From: Stylophora pistillata
Taxonomy: Eukaryota
Assembly: GCF_002571385.2 (NCBI RefSeq)
Contig: NW_019218915.1
Location: forward strand, 1-59,651
Length of the DNA stretch: 59,651 nt
Direction of reading: 5' to 3'
This document shows, in pieces, positions 12,570 through 23,769 of this stretch. The translations under genes and the position numbers were made by a program. The stretch's first letter is position 1. Each line of letters starts with the position of its first letter. The notes beneath the pieces were generated by a model. It made no database searches, had not been told where the DNA came from, and saw nothing but the letters and a program-made list of their open reading frames with translations.

Positions 12570-13799
12570 ATGGCTTCAAAGAAAGTTTTATGCTTTCTTT
12601 TCGTCTGTTTCTTTGCCTTGGGAAGTTCTACCTACTGTACCGACAGCAGCGATTGTTCCTTCCTTGAGTCCTGTTGTAGAGATAACGTTTGTAGACAAAG
12701 ATGCAACGGCTGTTTCTTCAACTCACATTGTGGAACGGGCGAGCGGTGCTGTAACAGCAAATGCAACAGTAGTTCGTCTCCTTGTTCCTGTTCGTCCGGC
12801 TTCGATTGTGACATTGGCGAGAAGTGCTGTAATAGCAAATGCAACAGTAGTTCGTCTCCTTGTTCCTGTTCGTCCGGCGTCGATTGTGACATTGGCGAGA
12901 AGTGCTGTAATAGCAAATGCGTCAGTAGTTTGTCTCCTTGTCCCTGTTCGATTGACTCCCAATGTGACAGTGGCGAGAAGTGCTGTGCACATGATAGCAA
13001 ATGCATCAGAAGTTTTTCTTCTTGTCCCTGTTCGTTGGACTCCGAATGTGACAGTGGCGAGCAGTGCTGTAACAGCAAGTGCATCAGTAGTTTTTATTCT
13101 TGTTCCTGTTCGATAGACTCCGAATGTGACAGTGGCGAGAAGTGCTGTACAAATAATAGCAAGTGCATCAGTAGTTTGTCTTCTTGTTCCTGTTCGTTCG
13201 ACTCCGAATGTGACAGTGGCGAGCAGTGCTGTAACAGTAAATGCATCAGTAGTTTGTCTTCTTGTTCCTGTTCGTTCGACTCCGAATGTGACAGCGGTGA
13301 GGAGTGCTGTACATATGATGGCAAATGCATCGACAGTTGGTCTTCTTGTTCTTGTTCGTCCGATTACCAGTGTGACAGTGGAGAGGATTGTTGTGGGGGA
13401 GTATGTTCGTCGTACTGTAGTTGGAGCGGCGGAGCTATTGCAGGCACTGTGATCGGTACAATTATCTTCTTCGCCATCATCATTTCTGTCATATCCTGGC
13501 TTTTCTGTGCTTGCTGCCCGTACTACCGCTATCGCACACCCGGTACTGTAGTCGTCACCCAACAGCCGCAAGAACAGTTCGTCTCAACTCAGACACACAT
13601 CATGACGACGCAGCAAGTACATCCTCCTCCGCCGATGAACCACAACCAGCCTCCTCTAGGTTTCAGTCAGGCTCCTGCTCCTTACTCAAGCTATCCACCG
13701 TCACTAAACCAATATCCTGCACTGCCAGGACAAGCTGAAGTAGTACCGATGTCGGTTGCATTTAACACAGAACAACCGAACAAGTTTTTACTAAAGTAA
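12570..13799 (+). CDS. Intact intronless single-pass membrane protein (409 aa): signal peptide, 10 tandem 6-Cys modules, TM helix, Cys/Tyr juxtamembrane motif, Pro-rich tail (Shisa-like/CYYR1-like topology)
   Basis: ATG at 12570 in the same acaATGG context as all paralogs. MASKKVLCFLFVCFFALGS signal; repeats such as CSxDSECDSGEQCCNSKCISSLSSCS; TM AIAGTVIGTIIFFAIIISVISWLF; CACCPYYRYR; no stops or frameshifts; three paralogs in the window. Confidence 0.92.
   Translation: MASKKVLCFLFVCFFALGSSTYCTDSSDCSFLESCCRDNVCRQRCNGCFFNSHCGTGERCCNSKCNSSSSPCSCSSGFDCDIGEKCCNSKCNSSSSPCSCSSGVDCDIGEKCCNSKCVSSLSPCPCSIDSQCDSGEKCCAHDSKCIRSFSSCPCSLDSECDSGEQCCNSKCISSFYSCSCSIDSECDSGEKCCTNNSKCISSLSSCSCSFDSECDSGEQCCNSKCISSLSSCSCSFDSECDSGEECCTYDGKCIDSWSSCSCSSDYQCDSGEDCCGGVCSSYCSWSGGAIAGTVIGTIIFFAIIISVISWLFCACCPYYRYRTPGTVVVTQQPQEQFVSTQTHIMTTQQVHPPPPMNHNQPPLGFSQAPAPYSSYPPSLNQYPALPGQAEVVPMSVAFNTEQPNKFLLK
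12708..13420 (+). repeat. Coding tandem repeat with 78-bp and 84-bp units
   Basis: Near-identical gaatgtgacagtggcgag.agtgctgt...aaatgcatcagtagttt units. Confidence 0.95.
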
Positions 13800-15909
13800 A
13801 CTTGGTGCAAGCTAACTCACTCAATTCGAATAATTTTCTAGTGATTTGAGTAACCTTCGGTTTTTATTTCCAAACATAAAGATGTAGACGAGGTCTTACT
13901 AAAGATTCCTGATTGATTTGCACGCTGTATTTCATCTCGCTATCGTCGTTCAAAGACAAAAAAAAAGTAGATATACGTTTCTTGTAGACAGGATTTTTGT
14001 AGGATATAGATGGGCTCGGCTTAGCAACAATAATTATATTCTAGAATGATTAATGCATTCTTAGAAGTGTAGTCTCACTTTCGGTGTCGTATTAAACCGA
14101 TCTGGCTGTATTTAACCCAGTCCTTGCTTCCATTCCGCTTGATTGTGAATTGCGATCGTGTCGAATAGCAGTGAAATGGTAATCTCAATAACATATTTAC
14201 ACAGGTTAAAAATCTGTTATTAGCTCGGTTTTCTGTTATTGTAATTTAGCCGCTAACACATTTACAGACGCCGGTATGATCTGGCTTATTCCGCTTCAGG
14301 GAGATCTGTTACCTTTTGATATTCTTCTTTTAGCTGATCGGATCTTTAGCAGATCCATCGACATCATAAGCTGTATCGATGTCGAGTTGTAATTACATTT
14401 GTGTGTTGTCTCAACTTTGTGAATAATAAATTTTTGTTAACCGCCGCCGTGTTCAACGTTCCGTATGATGTTCCGGTGACTGGTTCGTAAGTAGATTTTG
14501 AAGTTTTGCTTTGTTCTTATAAAGTTGGCAAAAGTTTCATCTGAGCTATTTCTTCAGAAATTGGAGTTTGAGCTGTTTGCTTGAAACTAAACTGACGAGA
14601 CATGTCAAGACCAAGCAGGTGGAAACATTTTTATACGGTTACTTTGGCTTTCAGTATTAAAATTCCATGCCTTTGTCGTGTTCGCCGTTCTCCGATGAAA
14701 GCTGACGAAACAGCCTTTAATCAGCGAATACAAAGCGGTTAAGGTTCTGATTTTGTTTTGCTATATCGATCATTTTGCAAATACAGACACTATCTTGTAG
14801 GGCTTTGTGAGACCCACACCTGCCTATTGCAGGTAGAGACAATCAAAGATGTTTTACTCAACAGCGGCTAAGTTGAGTTGGCAGGGCTTTCAACGGTTGC
14901 AGGTTCGCTTGTGAGGAACTAAAATGCAAAGAAAACAAAATTCTACAATCTTATTTATGGAGTTCGCGTGATATAATTACCATAATCCTATTTTAACCAG
15001 CTGTGTTGATGTTTATAAGACGTTGATAAAGCATGTTGAATACCAAACAACCTTTACGATTTAAGGAGAAACACTTCAGTCACTCAGAACTCAACCTTTC
15101 AGGTGTTCGTTAAATGAATATGGTGCTTACTACTGACGTAATTTTCAATAGAATTGAAGGTAAGCAAATGGCTTTGTAAAACTCTAAATCTCATTTAGGC
15201 TCCAACCTCTGAGTTACCATTTTCCCGTGACATAATCCTAATTCGAAAGCGTTCTTTCCTGACTATACCGTAACTCAAAATCGCACTGAATTAATTACTT
15301 TCGTTTTGGTTAACAACAATTACAAGAAAAAATAAGACTGGACACAATTCTGTCAGCACTTGTTAGGAAATTTAGATAAGAACTATTAGTTATCTGAATC
15401 GGAATAAGAACGAACTGGAAGAGCTTGGCCTCCAAATGAAAAAACACCCGTCGCGCCACAACTAACGCTAAAAAAAGCTCCATACAATTCCTTAATTATA
15501 ATTTTATTATAGGGAATTATTTGAATCTCTCTGGGATACTTACAGTGCCAGCCCTGTGTGTCTTCTCATGTTACTTTCCGACCTTATTTTTGGAAAAATG
15601 GCACACATATCATAAAATCAAAAATTAAGTCGAAAATCGATACAATAAAAATTACTTTTTTCTTAACTCTCGAACGAAAAAATTTCAAAACGTTCTTGAT
15701 GATTTTCAGTCTTTGTTTGAGGGGTGTTTTAAGTGAGTTACAACTCTTCTGTACACAAAACGTTTGATTGCTGGTGCGCAACATTGAAACATTCCTTGTC
15801 AATAAGGTTAGTAGGGATATCTGCTGTTTGCGTACCATAGAAATCCAAGCAAAATTGGCTGCGAATTGGCCGTCCGGATCTAAAACCCGCAGTTGGGGTC
15901 TAACACTTC

Positions 15910-18694
15910 CTCAGCTTTAGTTTCATTCCATCGCGTGATCCCTTTTTAAGGGTATTTTGGATTCGCACATAAACTCTAAACCGCTTGAGTACGGCGACTA
16001 AAAAATCTTTATGTAGCTAGAATTCACGGAGGAACACGCTCGTGTTTTTGTGTTGGAACCTAACAGTCTTTGACGATCAGTATGGTTGGATTTCGATCGA
16101 ACTGTCGTTAACGTAACCTATAGTTCGTGTTTATCAAGTTATCGTCTATCATGCCTTAAATAAACGGACCAGCCTGATTTTGTTAGACCTGTGGTTGCTT
16201 CACTGCAGTTTCCTCGCGTCCATTTATTAACCGGTAAAGGCGGCCACTACAGTGAAAGACTACGAATTCCTCACAGAGAAAAAACATGGATTCGCAAAAA
16301 CACTACCAGGTTCAACAAAGGGACACTGGGATCAGACTGACACCAGAAGGGTTTCGCTTTGAACCAAGCAACCTTGGACACATGCAAAATACTACGCCAT
16401 CAGAATTTCTGATCAAACCAAGTTTCGGAGTCACTCCAAATACCACATAGGAAGAAAATGTCGCCTCAGCAGGAATCGGGGTTAGTGTCTTCCCCTTTGT
16501 TTCGTCCGAAAACACGTCGACACGTCCAAAAATAGTTCAAATTTCGTCCAGTGAACTCACAGACATTCATTCAGAGAACAACACTAGGTCCAGGACTCTC
16601 ACGGCCAAGGGCCGAGAGTTTCAAAGCGGCTTGAAGAAAACCGCCGCGCTGTCCAAAGATCGTGAACTACTTCAAACTAAGTAGTTTCACTATAGTCAAG
16701 ACACAATTAAAATTAAAAATGAAATCACTGTTATCTCAAAGAAAGTAAGTGATGCATTACGATTATTTAATGAATGGGTAGAGCTTTCAATGGACCCAAC
16801 TGAAAATCAGCATGCAACACAAAAGCAAGCCTTCTTGCTGGATACAGGGAAGTTTGTTCATGCCGCAGCGCTAAACGAAATAAAGAAGTCTCAAGCGGAC
16901 AATGGCTCTGTATTCTCTCAAAAATCTCGTCCTTCGCGAAGGTCTAGCGTATCAAGTGGAAGTTCATGCGGAGACACAATCATAAACGGAAGAGCGAAAA
17001 GAGTGGCCTTGGAAGAGAAATTGAAGTTTTCAGCAGCCATCGCAGAACAGGAGAAAAACCTGGAACAGCTTAAGCTTCAAGAGAAACTAGGAGAAGCCCA
17101 GGCACAAGAGGCTGGGTATGAAAAGGCTCTGGAAGAAGAGGACAAAGAGGACGACTCTCCCCCGTTGCTGCCAACCAGACCGTACAATCCTATCAACGCC
17201 TTCTTGAGTGACGACGCCCAAGAGTTAACTTTAAAACCAGAAGCTGATCCTTCCGTATCAAAGAATTCCCAACTAGTTCCGACTGTGAGTGCTCCTTCAA
17301 TGCTTACGTCACCACCTAAGTTCGCCGTCTCTACATCATTAACTTCTCAGCTCACTGTCCGTGCAGAATCAAAGACTTCAGCAGCTCCTTCAAGCAGGAA
17401 ACTTGAAGGCACTATCTATTTTAGTACTCACACTAGCTCTAGCTCTGGACAACGGGCTCCTTTAACCTACACAACGTCTTTTACCACCAACTCTGTTTTC
17501 TCGAAAACTCACGCTAGTTTTAGTATGGGAACGCGGGTTTCCTCAACTTATACGATATCCTCTTCAGACTGCCCAGTTCATACAACCACTAACAAAAAGG
17601 GTAAATCTGGATCAAACGTGCCATCTATTTACGCCACACCCCGAGGCTTTTGCGGAAACTCCCCGGCTATTATCCCGTTACCCGATCCGGTCCACACCGT
17701 TCCATCGCAAGCTTACTTGCTAGTTTTCAGTGACACGCTGGCCAAAATGACACAGCTGCATCGTCTGCCCCAAGCTAAACCAGAGGTCTTTAAGGGAAAC
17801 GAACAAGATCAAACAAAATTTTTTCTGTGGGAGAACGCAATAGATAGTTTGATCGATTCAGAACTCGTCACAGCCACACACAAACTGCACTTGTCGTACT
17901 AATATTTAGATGGAAGAGCCAAAAGAGTTGTCGAACAACTCCAGTACCTTGTACAAGACCCAGAAAACACATACAAGCAAGCACGTACAATTCTCAAGGA
18001 ACGCTTTGGTCATCCTGCGATTATCAGTGCCAGCTTTGAGAAAAACTAGCACACTGGCCGAAGATTCATCCTAATGATGTGTCTGCATTAGAAGAATTTG
18101 GTGACTTTCTATACCACGTTCAGATTGCAAGTCCGCACGTGAGCGGTCTAGGAGTTCTCAATTACCAATCGCAGATCCAAAGCTTCGTTGAGTTACTTTA
18201 TCGACCAAGCGAATAAAGAAGCGCAAACCACTTTGGCCGGAGTACGACCCCGTCGGGGAGTCTTATCTGAATGAAACTTTTGAATCTTAGAACACTTAAA
18301 CTTTGTTTGTTGCTCATTGAAATTTCAGCTTTAGTTTCGTTAGCTTCTCAGCTTTAGTTTCGTTACGTTACGTGATCCCTTCATACGGGTATTTTGGATT
18401 CGCACATGAACTCTAAACCGCTTGAGTACGGCGACTAAAAAATCTTTATGTAGCAAGAATTCACGGGGGAATTCGCTCGTGTTTTTGTGTTGGAAGCTTA
18501 ACCAAACAGTCTTTGACGGTCAGTATGGTTGGATTTCGATCGAACTGTTTCTAACGTAACCTATAGTTCGTGTTTATCAAGTGATCGTCTATCTTTCCTT
18601 AAATAGACGGACCAGCCTGATTTTGTTAGACTTGTGGTTGCTTCACTGCAGTTTCCTCGCGTCCCTTTATTAACCGGTAAAGGCGGCCGCTACA
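15910..18694 (+). mobile_element. Internally deleted BEL/Pao element: two LTRs (15910-16251 and ~18262-18694) flanking a decayed gag, no pol
   Basis: ~340-bp direct repeats ending ggcggcc.ctaca. Gag motifs PEVFKG..FFLWENAIDSLI, YLDGRAKRVV, YKQARTILKERFG, WPKI (DUF1759-like). Purine run gtcgggggag before the 3' LTR. Confidence 0.88.
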
Positions 18695-19349
18695 TAGGGT
18701 AATATCTTCATCCTCTTTGTCAGAAAAGTCGTTTTCTGAGCCCGTGTCATATTCGTCTGCATATGTTCGCACCTCAGCTACTGCCACTTCAAAGATACAG
18801 TCGTCAACAAATGTGGCATAGGTCACATTTCCACCTTCCGAATTAGATCTTTGACGGCTCCTTTGTCGCTACTGAGCCCTACTGGCTGATCTTCAGAGTT
18901 AAAAGGGGTGCCTACAAGTCAACTTTGGTGGAATTTTTCTTCATGAAGGCGGCCGGTGGAAAAGCTCCAGCCTTGTCCCTGGTAGTTTTCTCCCGAGCTG
19001 TCCTTTGTCAAACGGACGATACTTCTCCACAATTTTTTTCAAAGCACTCTCACTCCCGGAGTTGATCTCTTCTGTTCACATTTGCAATGATGGCAAAGCA
19101 AGCTCAGAAATCGCCACAAAACACAATGGACACGCAAGGAATCAGTAAGTTTTATTAAACTAACGTATAAAATGTTCTTATTTCGGAATATTTAGTGTTT
19201 TAAATCGACCATATTTTGTTCCAATACTATCCTTTTTAACGCATTCAAATTTTCAACGGTTGTTTGGGTAGCTTAAAATCACGTCACACAACGCATGACG
19301 TTTTCATGAAATAGTCCTTAGTTTTTGCTCGACACGTGACCTTGGGACG

Positions 19350-19778
19350 CCTGTGCCTCTCCGATCGAGGTATAATCGCGAAACAGAAGCAGTCAAAACT
19401 TTTACCGTCACAACTTGCAAAGCATGGAACAGTTTATCTTTGCCTGTAAGGCATAGGGATTTAGTGGATTCTATCAAAAAGCATTGTTAAATGAGTTTTT
19501 TAAATAACAGTAAAATCTTGATCACTTTTCTAGTCAAGTTACTTGATGACATGCGACATGATTATGATGCTATAAATTATCTTTTAAATACTAGTTTAGT
19601 AGATTTTTTAGTGTCTGTATTCTTTATTTTTTTACCTCGTATTTTTATGGCTTAGTATACCTATTTATTATTTCATTATTACTTTTTTTACTATTTAGAG
19701 GGCCACAGGTTTATTAGCTCCAGCTATTTCGTGCTCACCCTTATGAAATAAAGTCTTTACTTATTTACTTACTTACTA
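19350..19778 (+). mobile_element. LINE 3' end remnant with (TTAC)n tail
   Basis: RYNRETEA.KTFTV..KAWNSL-like RT C-terminus, then aataaa and tacttatttacttacttac. Confidence 0.65.
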
Positions 19779-20351
19779 ACGACACAGTACCACTGAGTCC
19801 CGATGCTAGTTTCATGCAACCTGTAGCAACATCCGATACGAATAGAGTCTTCCCCATGCCAAGAACTTTCCAATCTCCCGAGTCAGTGAACGCTCTCCCG
19901 TCTTCAAATTCACAATTACTTTTGATTTCTTTACAAGACTCCGAGTTGTTCTTTAGAAGTAGGTCTATGCTTGAAAGGTTGCAAACGTAAAGACCACATT
20001 CTGGACCGACTGATGCAAAGTAAGTTCTTTGTGTGAGAACTTTCATAGATATAAAATTTGAAATGCAGGTAGGTCGCGAGTTTGACACCGGTACCAGCAA
20101 TGCCAACTGCATTGTATTGTAATGTTACTTGTATAATTCCTCTCTAGGCATCGTCTACAAACAACGTTTTTACCTGCAGCATAGATTGAAGTTGGCTTTT
20201 CTAAAGGAGGGCAAACCTGGACAAGCTTCGAGTATCCGAATTCGCTCCTCCCTCCTGATTTCGGAGCCAAGTGATAAAGTTTCGCACAACAAAATCTCCA
20301 AGGCCATATTTACTGGACAATCCCGCTAGCCCAAGGGACGAAATGACGTGC

Positions 20352-23300
20352 TTTATATTCTAATTCGCTACCCCGCTCAAACGAATATAAAAAATTTATC
20401 ATTCAATAAGTAACCATAATTAGGGTGTGTCAACACGAGCTGTATGCGACCCTCTTTATTATGCCTTTATGAACAAAATTGATAGGAATAGTACATCAAC
20501 GGAATGAAAATTCGGAAACGTAAAAAGTAAAGCAAGAAAAACTACCCCACAAAACAATCTAAACTATGTTCGTATATGCAAAAACTACTTCAAGGAGAAA
20601 CTGAAAATCCCTAGTTACTGGGTATTTAATTTTGAGGGCGTAAGGACGGTCGTAAGACGCGAATGAATATAAATGACACCAGCTCGAATATATAGCTTAC
20701 CGCTAATGAAGCAATTGTGACAACATACCATGTAACAACCCAAAGAAAGGGTTACGTAACCCATGATAAATACATTTATATTCTAATTCGCTACCCCTCT
20801 CAAACGAATATAAAGCATTTATCATTTAATGAGTAACCATAATTTGGGTGTGTCAACGCGAGTCGTATGTGAACTAAAAGAACGGGTAAAATGGAAAATT
20901 AAATACCCAGTGACAGCGAAACTGACAACAATGACTGGACATTATCGTTAATGTAGCCGTCTTTTGCCTTGTCCGATTTCCAACGGCCGTGTCAGGTTTA
21001 AAAAATCTGTCAGGCACTCGCGCATTAGCAGCAGTGGAGCAATCGCAAGCTATAAGGCTATGTAGAACGTATAGTCTTGTTTAGGAAGGCCGATGGAATC
21101 GAAAGCGCTAAGTACTGTCTCACGCGCACTAGTATAAGACCAAGGAACGGAGCCACAGAATTTATAAGCCCCGGTAGCCCGAAGGAAAACGAGCGGGCGA
21201 AAAATTAACTCTTCGTTGTCTGCTGAAAAAGGAAGCGGCAAAAAATATCGTTGAACCAATAAATAAGGACACGTCTGCTTCACAGTTTTAGCAATAACAA
21301 CCCAGGCCCCGTCTCTGTAAATGTCAGTCTTCGATGAACAAAGATTCTCATAAAAGAATCTTCAAATTGAAAATCACACCTGCGCAACTGAACCAACTCG
21401 TTAAAGCGAAAGAACCCTGCATAACCAAAAATACACAAAGTAAGCACTCGGACGAAGATCCATACTTAGCAAATAAAAGCCGAATGGGCTTGGGGATCAC
21501 TGGCTCTTTCTTTTTAAAAGGAACACTGAAGTTGTATAGCAGTCATCCAAATTTACAATATGGCTGATCGCATCAGCATAGACGTTAAGTTCCCTTGGAA
21601 CCCACTGGGGAATGTGTAATATTGCATGTTCGACAAAAATAGAAAATATCAAGCGCAATAGAATGCAATAGAGTGCAATTCAATACAGTAGGACTCCTTA
21701 TGCTCACAATACGAACAGCCCCTTCGCTCTCAGAATGCCATTTTACACGCTTGCCTTGAGCCAAGGCTTTGAATGCACTTACGGAAAATTTTATGGCCTT
21801 AAGTTCTCTCCAAGTAGAGCTCTTAGCCGCTTCACAAGCAATCCACGTACGATGAGACACTTCATTAGTGCCAACGGCAAAAGCCTCACTGGCCACCTTG
21901 TTAGCGTCTGAAAAGTTAATCAAAAGAGGGGCATCATAAGGCAAAATAGCTCTAACATGAAGACTAATGATATTGTTTTTCCAATAGATTATTTCAGAAA
22001 GACAATCATTATTAAGCCCAATATTGAAACGGGAATCCCAACTACGCCTGGATTCCACAATCTTGTAAAGAAAACGGGTTTTGAGAGGATTAAAATTACC
22101 CAAAACTGGCGACATGGACATAACATGGCCTGTAATAACGGCGCAATCCCGAGCCGTAGCAGAAGGTGCGGATGGAAGAAATTTGTCAATCAGATCAACA
22201 AATTTGGAAATGCGTCTATCTGTAATAGAGTTTAAACCCAACCAAACAAGTACCGGAGCAGGATTCCAAAGTGATTTGGCGGAGTTGGCAACAAACCCCG
22301 CACTACTTAAGGATGATTGCATAAACAATGAATGTTTCTTGGCCATGGGCAGTGAATCCCCTTTTCTGCGCGCATCATCGAGGAACACAACAATTTTAAT
22401 CCCGTTTGACTTCCAAGACTTAACGAGCGGCCTAAGGCACTTGGTGAAGACGTATGGGGCTGAACTAGGCCCGAACGGAAGTGATGCAAAACAAAAATAC
22501 CGAACAGTACTAGAAAAGACCCAGGAGAAACCAAAAGAAGTTTGGTGATCCGGGAAAATATCATTGTGGTGGTAACCAGACTTAAGATCGAATTTGAAAA
22601 GGTAACCACCCTTGTTAACATATGCTAATAGCACTCCAATCTTCACACCTAAATTTCTTTTTCCAAATGAAATGATCGATTGACATGACGTAAGTCCAGA
22701 ATGAGCCTTTTCTTACTAGAAGACATGGAGAACCAGTTTTCAATTCTTGGGTCATATTTACCTCCAATGGTGGAAAAACCAGAATAACTAGGAAAGGAGG
22801 GGCCGGAGCTTGAAGATCTGGCCTGAAGATTAACTTGACACTGAGACCTCCAATGACTTTGCTGGCCGCAGGCAAAACAAATATCCCTTACACTTGGTTT
22901 ACTAAAAGCGCGAAAAGCACGAGGAATAGGCCTGGAGGTTGACGAATGTTGGCCAGCAAACGGGGTGGTTGTAGTAGAAGACTGGAGGTGCGCATAGCCT
23001 TGCTTAGGTGGCTTTTAGCTTTCTGTTGCCGTTGAACGTGTTGGCGAAGAGCTCTTTCTTCGGCATGGCGAATACGCTTTTCGTCCTCTAACCCGCAAGC
23101 CAAATCGTCCGATAGATACTCGTTCACCAAATCCCAACCGGCGGCGGACTTGTCTACTAGTCTGATAAGTTTGTTCGCTTCTTCATCTCAGCGTCTAATT
23201 CTTCCAGCTGAGTTTTAACAAGTTCTAATTTTCGTTTCCCAAGAGCAGCTGACGCCGTCTTCACCTTTCGCTGCAAGGTCGGAATTAAATTAAAATTTCT

Positions 23301-23744
23301 TCCTATTACCTTCGAACATGAACGTGATCTGGAATTCTCTTTTTGACTTTATTTGCTACAGAGACAGTATTACTACGCGACTCTTCTTGAATATCACGCT
23401 TTAAGGCGCCCAACTTCTTGTCGAAATAATTTTTGAATAAAGAGAACGCCGACGCACTGTCACTAGGTTCTGAAGGCTGCTTTGGTCCTAATGCCGCAAG
23501 AGATGGAGAAAAACTGGAAGGTTGCTTAAGAAGAGAAGGCAATGAATCGTTACCGCTAAGATAATCTACGTTCGCTGGAATAACTTCTTCGACATCAGAC
23601 ATAATTTTGAGGGCGTAGGGACGGTCGTTAGACGTGAATAAATATAAATGACATCAGCTCGTATATATTGCCTACCGCCAATGAAGAAATTGTGACAACA
23701 TACCATGCAAAACCCCAGAGAAAGGGTTACGTAACTCATGATAA
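20352..23744 (-). mobile_element. Tyrosine-recombinase retrotransposon with split direct repeats (Ngaro/PAT-type, DIRS order), decayed
   Basis: gag-like (DKSAAGWDLVNEYLSDDLA..EDEKRI), RT (FDLKSGYHH, LPFG, FLDD), RNase H (FSDA, SSTWRELKA), YR (KTDIYRDG, HGRWKSDKAKDGY). Repeat A at 23602-23744 and 20627-20769; repeat B at 20775-20872 and 20352-20449. Confidence 0.9.
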
Positions 23745-23769
23745 GTAATGTAATTTGTGGTAATCCTAC

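Noticed and set aside
12708-13420. Regularly spaced repeats resembling a CRISPR array
   Set aside because: Units are in-frame coding repeats with no unique spacers; no cas genes; eukaryotic context.
12613-13571. Overlapping and antisense ORFs over the receptor genes (also at 45619-46197 and 57447-58398)
   Set aside because: Shadow frames of repetitive Cys/Ser codons with no independent signal.
14685-14720. Hammerhead-like ccgatga...gaaac in the conserved 3' flank
   Set aside because: No convincing helices, and the core is not conserved in the paralogous block at ~930.
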